DNA of 64,000 nt from assembly GCA_043228905.1 (NCBI GenBank), contig JBHGNT010000002.1, positions 5,642,001-5,706,000 on the forward strand, written 5' to 3'. The notes beneath the pieces are model-generated. The model searched no databases and was not told the origin of the DNA. It saw only the letters and a list, made by a program, of their open reading frames with translations. Within the stretch, counting starts at the first letter, position 1, and each line of letters opens with the position of its first letter. Positions 12,801-26,600 of this stretch are shown here, one piece after another. The position numbers and the translations under genes are program-made. This DNA is from Azolla caroliniana (Eukaryota; Plantae; Polypodiophyta).

Positions 12801-15580
12801 TCACGAAACTGTTCTTCTTCATTTTGTGAGAGGAACCCACCTCCACCGATCCAAAGTTTCTTCCCGGTCTCATCCGTGAAGGCATGTCTGACATCCACGG
12901 ACTTCCGAAGTGTAAGATCTCCCAAGACTTCTTTCCTCTTTTGTTCACTATCGGCGGGCAGCGGTCCCGTGACCGGTTTCACCTTCTTTTCCACGGTCTT
13001 ATATTTCGTAAATACCATTGCTTCTTCTTTGCGGAGTGCATCCGGACCCATTTTCGCAATGATCTCATACATCTCGGCCGATTCCACTAGAACTACCCGG
13101 TCTCCCTGCCTATTCTCTTCTGCTAGTTCTTCAAGCCATTGTAGCGTGCTCCCGTAGAACACTTCTTCGACTACTCCCACGATTTCTTCGTCTTCTTTTA
13201 TTATTGATGCAAACCGTAACTCATCTTGCACCTTTCGGAATTCTTTCTTCATTACTCCGGTTACGACTGTGTATGTAGATGCTCCATCCAAACCGATTCG
13301 TACTTGGTTTGCTCCGAGAGTTTTCTTCCTGTGTGGGGTATCAGGGCTTCTCGGATTATTACTTCCCCACTCCATAATAGTCCACTTTAAAAATCCATTT
13401 TTGTTTGGGACAAGAGCTCTCTCTTGTTCCTTTCGTGATTTGATGGCACGGTTAGGAATTGGACAGTTTTCCCTCCGCTTTGGCTCTGAATTCGTACAAA
13501 AGCTGCTCCACTATCGAGGACCTTTGTCTCCATTCGTGAAGCCGTGATAAAGGGTTTTCTAAGGATCACGGAGTGTGAGACCTCATCTTGCACGAAGAAA
13601 TTTTGGTCAATCTCCACATCTCCGATCTTTACCGTCACATCCGAACAAGCCACAAATAAATCTTCCGTTGTTTTAGTGGCTGCCCGGATCTTCCATCCAT
13701 GATTAGTGTTAATAGGCCACTTCCCCTTTCGGTAGAACTCCTTGGACATCAAATTGATCTCCGATCCGTGATCAATCAATGCTATTACGGGCTCCTTGAT
13801 GTTTCCGATTTGGACCAGAGTCTCCGTAGTTGCGCATGCCTAGTGTGGCCTTGTGTAGTGGGAGTTCGGAATTTCATCCTCCATTTCGGTGTCAATCATT
13901 AGAACGGTATTTGCATTCACCCTTGGAGCATTTTCCTCCGTATTTTGTCTTTTCTCTTCACGAGATCCACAAGAAGATCATGGAACTCCTTCTTCGCTAT
14001 TCCGAGTAATTCCCAAAGCGAAAAATCTACTTGACTATCGGGGATTCTCTCCTCGAACACCTTTTTTAAGTCCATTCGTTGCTCGATGTCCGAAGCAAGT
14101 TTGAATGCCGGAATTGTTTTTCCTTTCCCCTTCCCTTCGGAGTTCCAGCTCTCCGGCATCTTTGATGGTCCGACCGCATGATCCGTGTGCCGTCGTTTCT
14201 CATTTACATACACCTCATGTAATTGGCATAGGGCCTACACGCTATTCTTATCGACGGGGCGCTCCCATCTCGTAGCTTCTCGGATGCCTTCTGGGGTGCT
14301 TCGGATTTCATTAGAGTCAGTTTTCTCATGGTTTTCTAGCACTTCCGGCCAAAAAGATGTCTTTGCTCTAGATGTCTCACCCACACATATCCCCGCGGTT
14401 GTCACATAATTGCTTTTCGCCGCTATTTCCTCCTCTAGGACCTTCTTCATGCCGCCTTTTCGGAAGTTCAGTCGAAGTGGCTTCTGAGAGTCCATCGAAT
14501 GAATCTGATTTCCCTCGTAGTAGATAAGGTCCCGTCGTAGCGCCTCCTTGTGCTCGTCGCAATCCCTCCGATCATGTTCGGTGCTATCGCACCATATGCA
14601 TCAACGGTCCATATACTTCGAACTTGTGGGACAGTCATCCGACTTCTTCACCATCACGATTTTTAGATTCTCCGTCTCCTTCAACAATAGCTCCACCGTG
14701 GTTGCATCGATTCCCTTCTCGGTCATAGTCTCCCGAGCCCACGGTTGATGGTCTTCCAATCCGGATCTTGGTTTCGGAATTGGTTCCGAAACCCTCTTTT
14801 CTTCACTACCAAGCCATTGCCCCCTCTTTGTGTATTGCGCGACGATATCCTGCACGTTTTCACATGTATTGGTGAGGCCAATCTCAGTAGTGGTGTCCTC
14901 TAGAATCATTCCAAGATCTTTCCGTTCCCAGACCCACGGCTCGTAAGAACATGATCACTTTGTCCGATGCGAGGATAGCTTGATCTCTTGCGGACAACCT
15001 CCCGAACCGACTTTTGAATGCCGAAAACACATCGAGGACCTTCAACCCCTTGTCTGGCGTTTCCACCCAATCTTCGAATCCCCTCCGCGTTGCCTTGGAG
15101 GAGTCCTCGATGGTGAACATGGTCTTAAGCGCTTCTTCAAATGCTTCCCACGTCGGATTTTGTTGTTGTATCCCGTGGATACTCCCTTGAAGCCCGTCCA
15201 TAGCCACCCGATTGAAGGATGTCACCTGTAATCCTTCCGATATTCCACACCGTAGCATTTCCACCTTGTAATCCCGCAAATATTGTGAAACATCCTTCCC
15301 GTTGAATTGCCTGTTCCGTTGCACGAGCCGCTCTACTGCTGTCGCAATCTCCGACATCGCGCGTTGTTCTTGTAGCATCCGCTCGAACATCGCCATCATG
15401 TTTTTTTTTTTTTACCATAAAACATATGCTCCATTGGTATTAATAAAAAGCCCGGAGGCAGTATACAAATAGTACATAATATTGTTTCATCTCCACCAGT
15501 ATATCTGAACTGATTCTAGCATTTGTAAAAACTGTTGGGAACATCGCCATCATGTTGTTAGTTTCTGGTTGATTTTCCAT
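9846..15580 (-). pseudogene. Gypsy E gag-pol with stops and frameshifts
   Basis: Gag (RQFNGKDVSQYL), protease (IDHGSEINL), RT (FLDD), RNase H (VTVDTSP...ADMLSR), integrase (H-x6-H...C-x2-C core, WFGPY). Confidence 0.9.
15401..15538 (-). mobile_element. Short non-LTR retro-insertion (5'-truncated LINE end or SINE) inside E gag
   Basis: T13 tail at 15401-15413; 16-18 bp TSD GAACATCGCCATCATG(TT) at 15385-15400 and 15539-15554. Confidence 0.9.
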
Positions 15581-18500
15581 CTCCTTGCCACCCGAGTTTC
15601 ACATCGGGTTCACCACTTGTGTTGTGCCTTTCGGCGCCGGATCGTTTGCGTGAGTCGGGTGGGAACCCCTGAGGTTTTGGACTAGGAGAAAGAAGAATAT
15701 GAGATAATGTTAGTTAGGAAAAGATTGCAAGAAGAAGATATGAAAATCGTGAATCCCACGAGTATGTGTATTAATTGATACTTAGATTGTAAGAGAGAAA
15801 TAGATGGCAAATGCGTGAATCCCACGAATATTTTATATTAATCAAACCTTATAAAAATCAACAACCATGTACATCTTTTCTCTGTTCCTTATATAGTGAT
15901 GGAAGAGACTAAACATTGCATCATATTCTTTCCTAAAGTGTTCATGCACACTAGATGTGCATGGGTTGCCTTTTTCAACCATGCTTTTTTATTTCCTAAA
16001 TATAGTGCTCATGCACACTAGATGTGCACGAGTAATTGGCTTGCGTTTTTCTTTTGAATAAAGTTTTCACGCACTCTAAAAGTGCATGATTTATTTTTTT
16101 GTAAAAATAGGCGTAAATATAACTCTTATACTTACTAAATCTATATTTAGATCACTTATGATAAGTTAGTACAATGGTAAAGTTTGGGTTTGTTTACATG
16201 GAGGTATAAGGTTTGAATCTTGCACTATGCATGTAACAATGTTTTTAATATTTTCTTTTATTTATTTATGCGTACTTAATTCGAATATATATATATATAT
16301 ATATATATTTACATATTTCACGTAGTGTGCAAATTAAACTACGACACCGTGAAGGTTTCAATTCCCTTCGTGTGATGGGTCAAATTGATCTCTTCTACCA
16401 CCGCGACCTTGTCCTCGTCCACTGTCCGAATTCGAGAAGAACATTTGTCCTTCCGATGTTTTGCTTTTGGTTTGGACGTGGTTCTCTTCGCCCAATAGCA
16501 TTGATTGGAGGTCGAAGAATGAAGGAGGGTTTTCTCTTGCCAAGATTGCCATCCGTAATGGATCGAATCGTTGTGCAAGGCCACTCAAGCATTCTTGAAC
16601 CATCTCGTCTTCGTCGACGTTTATTTTGATGGAGCCAAGCGAGTCACAAATGCTCTTGATCTTGGCGGTGTAGTAGGACACAAACATGTCTTTTTGCCGA
16701 ATATTGCTCAACTCTTGTCGGAGTTGAAGCTTTCAGGCAGTCGTGTTGGTGGTGAACAATTTCTTTAAATTCTCCCACGCCTCTTTGGGCATCTTGGCAT
16801 CTCGAATGTGGCTAACCATGTGGTCGTGGACACATGTTGGCAAGGAATACATGACTCGACTCACCGCTTGCTCCCATGTTGCGTAGTCGGCGTTCTTTGA
16901 GTCGGGTCGATTTTCTTGAGCGCCATTCATGTAGCTCCAATACCCTTGGCCGACGAGGTATTGGGTCATCTTGTACTCCCAAGATGAATAATTGATCCGG
17001 TCTAGCTTTTCACTAGGGAGCGAGCTACCCATTTTTGTGTTCATTTTGATGTAGTGTGTTCTCTTCTTTTGCTTTTCTTCCTTCGTTCACGTACTCATGC
17101 TACGTAGCGGCACTACGGTAGCGAATAGTCGGAATTTGTCGTTGGTGTTTCGAACACACAATTATGAAGAGGCGGATGGCCTTAGTGGATGTGCTAAACC
17201 ACATGCTCTAATGCCATGTTAAGAATTAGGTAAGTAATTAAGCAAGGGTTAATTAGTACCTAATTATGTGATTAGTTGATAAGCGGAAGATTAAGTGATA
17301 TGTGTGTGTATGTGTGTGAGAGGAAGAGAGAGAGGAAGATAACACTTATGAACAACACAAGATGGGGGATGAGTAACTATATTAAATTAGCATTATCATC
17401 ATCAAATACAAAAATACCTACAATGAGGTAAATATAGATTTCATGTGCAATTGTGCCCATGTGTGAGGATAATATAGGTACAAAGGTGTAAGTCCTATAT
17501 TAAATGTACTTAGGAGTGGAGGATCTAGAATATCCCACTTAAGTACAAGGTCCTATTTAATGCGTTATAGTCAACACTTCTAACTAGATTCTATCTAGGT
17601 AACTACGAAGTTACATGGTTGACTAAATAACTAACTCTAGTTGAGCTTGATCTCTCAACACTTCCACCCTTATGTATGCACTTAAATGTTACTAGGCTTT
17701 AGTCTTATTTTTATATTTACAATTGAGCGCACATCACACGTGCACATGTTTAACTTTACATCCAGCTTTCCTTTTACGATTCTCATTTCAGTCCTATTTA
17801 CAACATGCTAACATATGTGTGTGGCCTTCACCCCTTTCACACGTGCACATTGCACCTTCTTGATTTCGTTCGTTGCACACAATTTTCATACCGTTGGCGA
17901 AAATCTTCACGACATCCACCCTCACCAAACCGCACGTCCTCCGGTACGTGCCAAGAAGAGAGAGAGTGAGATTTCAGCTACGGTGATTAGTACGATTCCT
18001 CCATTTCGAGCATGTCCATTCCCTTCACTCGAACCACTGTCGCCACCGAATCCACCATATCATTCTCTCATTCTTTGCTTTACCATGACCAATTGTCATG
18101 GCTCCTTGTTCTCCTTCCAAGCATAACCGTTTAGGCTTTATGCATTTTCTACCCTCGTTCTAACCATCTCCTTGGTCAAGGCACTCCGCACTTCGTCCAC
18201 CCTCGTCGTACAATCTCGCGTTAGAGTTGATGATCTTCATGTTAGAGCCCTCTTTAGTCGAGATCTCATCCTTTGTAACACCCTTCAAATCTGCTTGGCT
18301 CATTTGGCCCTTGTTGTCCATGGTAGTGCGCCTGCTTGGCCTCTTCCTTGTCTTCATCAACCTTGACTTCTTTCCGGATTGGTCTCGTCCGATCGGCTTC
18401 CGTTTGGATTTGTATTCGGTTGAATCAGACTCGGTTGGCTGGTTTCGACCGAGTCGGTCCCCTTCCGGGTCGAGTTTGACCGATTGATTTCAGTCCGGGT

Positions 18501-18965
18501 TGGCTTCCATTTCCTCCGGTTGAGTCGGATTAGCGTCTTTCCGGCTCAATCTTGTTTGATCGGCTTCCGGCTGGAATGATTTCCATCTGGGTCAGGCTCG
18601 ACCGATTGGATTTCGGCCGAATCCACTTCCATTTGGTTTGTCTTTTGTTTAGGCCGGAATTCCGACCGGATCATCTTCCGTCCGAACTCACTTCTAGCTC
18701 TACGTTCCTTGTTGCCACCTCCCATCTCTCCGGTCTCACGTTGGTTCTCGGACACAACCGCCGAAGTCTCTAGAACTAGTGGGCAAGAATCCTTGGTATT
18801 ACCGTCCTCCGTCATTTCGCCCATAGCCACCTTCTCGGCTATCTCTTCGTCGTATGCATTGACTTTGACCTTTGTTTTCTCTCCGCCACCTTTTGTCTCT
18901 TCGGTCTCACGTTGCCTTTCGAATGCAACCGCCGAATTCTCTAGAATTAGTGGTGGGAAATTCTC

Positions 18966-21900
18966 ATGTTTGCATTCACAAGTGGAAGGATCACGCATTT
19001 GACTTATACATTCCTTTTATAATCTTGCGAATTTAGGCGATTTTCAGAAACTTGATACACCAATATCACATGTTTTAAATAGCATGTAAAATTTGTTAAT
19101 TTTTTGAGATTTAACAAGTTTCAAAATGATAATTTTTAAAATTGAATAGTTTTTCAATAAATGCTTAAACATTGATGGTTTGAAAATATGAAATGTAGTT
19201 AACTTTAAAAAAATCACAATGGTTAATTTAACACACAAGTTAAGATTAATGGTTTCACTATCTTGAGAAGATGTAGGTTCCAGAAGTGGAAGTTACATCT
19301 ATTGTTAGACTTGAAAATGTTTTAAGTATAAGAGGTAACATTGTAATCCTTAATGCCATCATCTATAAATTTAGTGCTCATTAACATCTATACATTCACA
19401 ACTCAAGAAATGTATACACTATTTATAAACAGTTTTGATAAATCCATAACTCCTAAATTGTAGATGATATTCATAAACTGTCAAAACTACCAAACTTAGA
19501 TGTAAACATTAATATATCAATTTGAACATATCACATACTTATCAAGGTATCCACAATGCTCTCATCTTCTTCATTTTGAGAGCTCCCCTACAAAATTTGT
19601 GAAGTAAATGGCATTTACAAGGTTCAATTACCATCAACACAATTATTAATGGTTTTTTGTTAATCAAGGAAGCACATGTTCACCGTAAGGTATCTTGTTG
19701 TGCAACATAATTCTTTACAACATCGATATGCATCTTTTACTCTTGTCAAAACAGATATTTTAGTACAATTCGAGTTCATGTAAACCCTAAACCTCTTTTA
19801 TTTGAAAAAAAAAAGATTTCTAAACATGAACTCCATACATTGTATTGAATTGATGTACAAAACAGAGTTTTCATCACAATTTCATACAATGTATCCAATT
19901 TATGTTCAAAGTTTTTTTTCCCCAATTAAAAAAAATAAAAAATAAAAAATAAATCGAACTTGACTTGATGAAAAAACCAGATTTTTCACCACAATTCAGT
20001 ACAATGTACCTAGTTTATGTTTAAAGTAATTTTTTTCAATTTTTTTTTTGATTTTTTTTGGAAAAAAAACTTTAAACATGAATTCGATACATTGTATTGA
20101 CTTGTGATAAGAACTCTGGTTTTTTCATCATTTCATTTCTTTTTTAAAATAACCAAAAGGACCCAAAATAAATAGAAAAAAACCAAAATTGTTTTTTTTA
20201 AAAGCCCCCAAAAAAACTTTTAAACATGAACTCAATGTATCGAGTTCGTGTCAAAAAGTTGACTTTTCAACATGAATTTGATACGGTGTATCGAGTTCAT
20301 GTTTAAATGTTTTAAACACAAACTCGATACATTGTATCGAGTTCATGTAAAAAAACTGAGTTTTTCAACACGAACTCCATACGGCGTATCGAGTTCATGT
20401 TTAAAGTTTTTTTTATTTTTTTATTTTTAAAATTTTTTCTATCTATTTTGGGTCTTTATTTATTTATTTTTAATTTTTTTTTAAGTGAGGAAAAAACTGG
20501 ATTTTTCATCACAAGTCGATACAATGTATCGAATTCATGTTTAAAGTTTTTTTTCCCAAAAAATAATTATAAATAAATAAATAAAATATCAAAAAAGTTT
20601 GAAAAAAAATTGAAAAATTTTGGAAAAATTACTTTAAACATGAACTCTATACATTGTATTGAATTGTGGTGAAAAAACTGGTTTTTTCACCAAGTCAAGC
20701 TCAATTGTTTTATTTTTTTATTTTTTTAAATCTGAGAAAAAAACTTTGAAGATGAATTTGATACATTGTATGTCATTGTGATCAAAACTTTGTTTTTTAC
20801 ATCAACTCGATATAATGTATGGAGTTCATGTTTAGAAATCATCTTTTTATTCAAATAAAAGAGGTTTAGGGTTTTTACATGAACTCGAATTGTACTAAAA
20901 TCTTTGTTTTTACAAGAGAAAAAGATGCATATCGATACTACAAAGAAGTATGTTGCACAACAAGACACCTTATGGTGAACATGGGCTTCATTGATTAAAA
21001 AAAAACCATTAAGAATTGTGTTGATGGTAATTAAACCTTGCAAATGCCATTTACGTGGTGTATAAAATATTCTTGTGGTTCTTAATCACCACGTCAAGCA
21101 CTTAATGTTGATCTTCATAGTTTGGTTCATCTACAACAGAGAAACATTTATGTGGAACTAAGGATGACAACACGAGCATAACTCAGGTGACAATGAAACT
21201 TGCAAGAACTCAAGGTGGGGATATTAATAGCTACACATGTAGATGGCCATCAACTAGGGCACTAATTCTGCATTGGTAAAGTTTTGGACGTGGTGATGGA
21301 TTAAACTTTTGTAATACATCTATCATTGATATTAGTGAGGTGGATATTATTGTGTATGACTTTACACTGACAAAAGTTAGATGTTTAAGGACGACAATGA
21401 TAGACATAATAAAAAAGATATTACAAAGACTAGAAGATATCTCAAATTGAAGGCGAACAAGATTTAGTGCACACAATTTGGAGACACCATTTAGTGAAGA
21501 CAATGATTTGATTGGTACATTTAAAAATGAGGAGGAAGAGTCACAATTGTATATTAGTTATAGTAGTGATTCTCAGGAAACGAATGATGATAATGATGCA
21601 AATAACTCTTAAATGTATTTTTTGTGCAACGATATGTAAGAAATTTAGACAATATTTTATCAAATGAAATAAAAAAGTTGACTGTTTTGAAATCTTTCGC
21701 TTATGATTTTGTTATGATCTAAAATACTGCTAGTTGTAATTTCTTCTTAAAAATACACAAAGTTATTTTTTGTATTTGGCCAAAATTTGGCATTTTTCAA
21801 TTTTACCAAATGGTGAAAATTTTAGCTTTTTCATCAAGTTTTTGAGAACATGTGATACTGGTATCAAGATGTTTTGTGAAATGGCAAAAAAAGCCCCAAA

Positions 21901-21968
21901 ATCATATGTAATATTCCTTATCCTTCCATTTGTGCGCGATCCTTCCACTTGTGAATGCGAATGTACCC
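18966..21968. mobile_element. Non-autonomous TIR DNA transposon inside B
   Basis: Terminal inverted repeats GCATTCACAAGTGGAAGGATC(A/G)CGCA at both ends plus subterminal inverted CTTGATAC...ATCACATG; left tip appears deleted, so no TSD is readable. Confidence 0.7.
19603..21054. repeat. ~1.45-kb imperfect foldback palindrome
   Basis: Left arm GTAAATGGCATTTACAAGG... matches the reverse complement of the right arm ...CCTTGCAAATGCCATTTAC; centre near 20310; many AAACATGAACTCGATAC-type palindromic subunits. Confidence 0.9.
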
Positions 21969-23690
21969 ATTAACCCTCTTGATCGAGCAAGCCTCGATTA
22001 TTCTTCCCTCCTTGTTGCATGTATTAGTTTCGACCTTCGGCTCCTCGCCGACACCTTCCATCTCTTGTGTCTCACGTTAGTTCTTGGACGCAAATGCCCA
22101 AGTCTCTAGAAGAAGTTCGGAGAAAATCTGGTCGTGGTCGTTGTCAACACTTGTTGTCTTGTTCATAGCCACCTCTTTGATGTCGATTTTAGTGGCTAGA
22201 TCCTCCATCATGTCGACCTCACACTCTTTATCTCCCTTGATGCAAGCTTTGATTAAGCTTGCTCCTTCGTCCTCCCTCAAAGTGGCCTTCTCCGTCCTCA
22301 AGTCATCATCAATCTTCGTTTCATGTAGGTTGCTTTCTTTAGGCGGCTCGACCTCTTTAGGTGGTCTTGTTTTTTCTACATTTGACCTTACCAAGTCAAT
22401 ATCTTCAAGCCATTGATGACGCCTATCGATCTTGTTGCACGCTCTCTTCACCGCAGCCCAGTCTGACACAAGCCTGTTCACTTGGGTATCATCTTCGAGG
22501 AGAGCCCCCAATTCTCATCTATCCTTCATATCCATAGCTTTCAGGAAGTACAAAGTCTTGTCCTCCTCAAGCAACACTTGGTCCGTGGCAGGGAGACGAC
22601 TAAAAATTTGGTCGAACTCGTCGTATACCCTTGAGGCGCTCATCTTCTTATTTTTCTTTTCTATCCACTTCATCAAGACATGTCAAGTCATCCTCGACAA
22701 ATCTTCCGTCGCGAACTCCGCTAATGTTGCTTTCTCGAAATCGGACCACGTTGTCATCCTTTCTTGAAGCTCGATGACCCGCCTTTGGACATTGTTGGTG
22801 GCAACTCACTTGAAACTAGAGATTTGATGTGCTTCAGACACGTCCCTTTGATTCATCTCCCTTTTGTATACATCCAGGAACTTCATAATGTTCCTTCCAT
22901 CAAACTGACCCTTGACCTCCACGACATAGTTGATAGCCTTCTCCACGCTCACATCGTTGTCCCGAGATCTCATCATTTGTTTGAAGATTATCATCATTCT
23001 TTTGAACTCTCCCTCTTGATTGCTTGAGGATGCCATCTCCAAGTATTGGTCGATCCTCATCTTGATCCTTCCTAGCGCTTCTTCACGTCGAGTTCACCAA
23101 GTAAGATGTCAAGGAAATCCTCGCGTGTTCGCGAAATGAAGCGGGACCACCGAGGTCCTAGACCAGAAGGATTCGATGTTTTTAGCAGCGTAAACGAGAA
23201 AGTATTGAAGATAGATAAAGAGAGAGAGAGATTGAGATAGAGATTGAACCCTTGGCTTTAGTTTTACGAGACAAGATACATCACCATTAGGATAACTCGG
23301 ATCTTTAATTAAAAGTTTCTTTTTTACTTACATCACTTGCCTCCCTTACACAAGCCCAACTATAGGCTTTTATAGGTCTCTCCATGCAAAAACCATGGCC
23401 TAAACTGACGGGCTAAAACCATAGGTTAAAACCACGAGCCGAAACCATGGTTTTGTGCCCACGGTTTCTATATGTTTGCTTCCTACGAAATACTGAATAT
23501 GAAAAGAAAATATAGAAATTTTAAAGCATTTCGTAGTGGCTTTAGTGGTAAGTTAATTTGTCTCTTATCTTGGAGGTGCAAGGTTCAAGCCTTGCTTTCA
23601 CCCTTATGTTTGCACTTAAATGTTACTAGGCTTTAGTCTTATTTTTATATTTACAATTGAGTGCACATCACACGTGCACATGTTTAACTT

Positions 23691-26600
23691 TGTAAAAAGT
23701 AAAGTGCGGAAGCAAGTATGAAGACGGAATAGAAGGAAGAAAACTCAGGTTTAATGGAGAGCTTGAGCTTACACAATATACGCGGGAGAGACAGAGAGAG
23801 TGAGAGAGAGAGAAAACACAAGAACTATATTCAACAACAGTACTCAATCTCTATTCACCATACTATATACATATGTGTGTTCAATGAACACTTTTATACA
23901 AGTCCGAGAAGGACTGACCGAAGTACTGACAATACTTCAATGCTCATTAAGAGCTCCTACACTAACTCCCAAATATATTCCTCACGGAATATCTTTCCTA
24001 ACGGCCTCCTGGTTTACGCACCGATCCGGCCCTACCTACGCACCGGTCTGCGTACCGGTTTACGCATTCGGCCTAACCGATCCGGTCCTCGGCTTCTTCA
24101 ACCGATCCGGCCGATGTTGAGCTTGTCTCTCAACACTCCCCCTCAAGCTCAACTTGAGGCTCTTCGGGATCTTTGGGCTCACAGCTCCGGTTCCTCCTGG
24201 CTTCCCGCCTCGCTCGCACTCCTCGACCTATTCGACTCCGCGCGCTTCGACCCTTCCGGTCGGCTTGTCTGCTCATGGGGCCCTTATCAGCTCTTCTGTT
24301 GTTGCGGTGTTGACGCTTCTCCTGCTGCCTTTTCTTCCGCTTGGGCCTCGGTTGATTCAGCGTATCTGAATCAAACATCCGAACCGACTCGGCTACCTCC
24401 GATCGGTTTTCGCTCTCGTCCGAGTTGGCTGTCTCCAACTTGTCTTCCCCATGCGTGGTTGGCTTCGGCTCTCTCCTTCGGCTGTTCCCCTTCTGTCCGC
24501 TTCCGGACTTTTCTGCGGGTCCGCCCTCGGCTTCTTCAACCGATCCAAAGTCAAACTCGACAACCGACTCGGTGTCGCGGTCTCCGCTCCTTTCCTGCTG
24601 CTTTGCTTGGTGGTTCGGGACTGTTCTCCCCCTCAAGTTTGGCACGTTGAGGTGACGCAATCCGAGCGCACCGGAGAATTGCCGCAACTTGTCTAGACCA
24701 AGAGGCTTAGTGAAGATGTTGGCAGTCTGCCGATCCGTCGGCACGTACTGAAGTTCGATTTCACCGAAAAGGACACGCTCACGGACGAAATGGTAGTGCA
24801 CCTCAATGTGCTTGGTCCATGCATGGACGAAGCTTGACGGTTCTGTCCAGAGGAGTCGAGACGGACTTACACTTTGTCTCCGATCCGGTTCTGGATATAT
24901 ACCGCGGTTCTTACCGCCTTGGCCCAGTAGAACTTGGGCAAGCTCTTCTCCTCCAGCATTGCCCGTGCCGCTTCCATAACTGACCGATTCTTCCTCTCGG
25001 CCACGCCGTTCTGCTCCGGTGTGTATCTACAACTGAATTCGCGCCGAATTCCCATTTGTTGTAGATAACCGTTAAATTGACCAGAAAAGTACTCTTTCCC
25101 GCCATCCGACCGCAGGCACTTGATCTTTCGTCCCGTTTCCGTTTCCACGAACCCTTTGAGGTCCTGGAAATAGTCGAAGACTTCGCTCTTCCTCTCAATG
25201 AGGTAGATCCACGTGTGCCGAGTGTGGTCGTCGATGAAGGAGATGAAATATCGGCTCCCGCCAAGACTAACGTTTTGTGCCGGCCCCCATACATCGGAGT
25301 GTATAAGGTCGAGCTTGTTCCGGCTCCGGTTTCGCTCGTTGGGGAAAGGAAGTCGGTGTTGCTTCCCTAGCTGGCAGGCTTCACAAATTTGTGCCTTTCG
25401 GCCACTAAATTTGGGCAATCCGAACACTACCTGTTTCGATTGCAGATCTTGAAGCCGCTGGTAGTTGACGTGGCCTATCCGCTTGTGCCACAAGTCGATG
25501 TCCGACTCGGTTTTTCCTCCCTTCACGAACATTGCGGTGCCGCCGTCAGTGGAGTTGAGGATGAACATCCTCCCGTCTTTGCGCCCTTGCGCAATCACAC
25601 GGCCTTCTTCCTAAATGAAGCACTCGAGGTGTGTAAACCGAACCTCCATCCCTTGGTCGACGATCTGTCCGACCGAGACCAAGTTCTTCGTGATTGTCGG
25701 AACGTGCAGCACGTTCATGAGCTTCCCTTTCTGCCTGACATGGCTAAGGGGAACTTCTCCGACATTTGCGATCGGATGCGGAGTGTCATCTACAATTGCG
25801 ACTCCTCTAGCTTGTATTGGTTTTTCAAGGTACGAGAACCACTCCTTATGGCTCGTCATGTGGTTTGACGCGCCGGAGTCTACGTACCACACCTCGTCCG
25901 ATCTCGGGGTGGTCCGTTTCATTGAGTTTGCTTCATGTCTCGTCACGAAGGCAGACCCTTCTCCGGCTCTCCCGGAGTCTTCGGCATAGTGCGATCGCTG
26001 CCGATTTCCCTTGTCGGTATGTCCGCAGCCGTTTCCGGAACCGGTTCTCTCCGAATCGGCACGCTTCTTCCAGCACTCACTTTCCTTGTGGCCTTTCTTG
26101 CCACAGTACCAACACTCCGCGACGGCCTTCCCTTCCCGGTTCTCGTCGCTTCAACTCCCCCTGTTTCCGGAGGATCCGGAGTTGCTGTCGGCATCACTTC
26201 GGTGCCTTCTTCCTTGATCTCGTCGGCCGCCTCCATTGTGCGCCGATTCGCCTCGTCCTCCACGTCCACGGGGCCTATCTCCCTCCGTGTACAACATTCT
26301 GCTGTCGTTGTGCGTGCTTGTAGATGCACTTGCGTGGTTCTCCTCTACCAGGAGCATTGACTGTAAGTCGAAAAAGGACGGCGTATTCTCCCGGGTACAC
26401 ACAGCCGTTCGGAACGCTCCGAACTTCGACGCCAAACCTCTGAGACAGATCTAGACCATCTCGCTCTCCTTGATGTTCACCTCTATGGAGGCGAGGGAGT
26501 CGCAAATATCCTTGATCTTCGAGGTATAGTCCACCACCGACAAGTCGCGTTGTCGTAGGTTGCTCAACTCCTGTCGGAGCTGAAGCTTCTTGGCTATGGT

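Larger units (their letters stand above)
9061..16346 (-). mobile_element. Autonomous-type Ty3/Gypsy E, tRNA-Trp primed, non-chromovirus (Phygy-like by inference)
   Basis: LTRs 9061-9789 and 15620-16346; 4-bp TSD CCGT; PBS TGGTGAACCCGATGTGAA at ~15598-15615; PPT 9790-9806; order gag-PR-RT-RH-INT. Confidence 0.93.
5727..17660 (-). mobile_element. Ty1/Copia element C lacking RT/RNase H
   Basis: LTRs 5727-6158 and 17217-17660; TSD CTTCC; degenerate iMet PBS TGGCATTAGAGC; gag (KLDRINYSSWEYKM), CCHC knuckle, protease WFVDSGAS, integrase; coding jumps from PRWVKA to the 3' UTR at ~6350. Confidence 0.92.

Noticed and set aside
19240-21600. Possible transposase remnants flanking the foldback
   Set aside because: No catalytic motif could be read with confidence
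23754-24650. 298-aa plus-strand ORF (and the similar ORF at 27036-27416)
   Set aside because: Antisense to the Copia D LTR/3' region, includes a GA microsatellite, no recognisable domain
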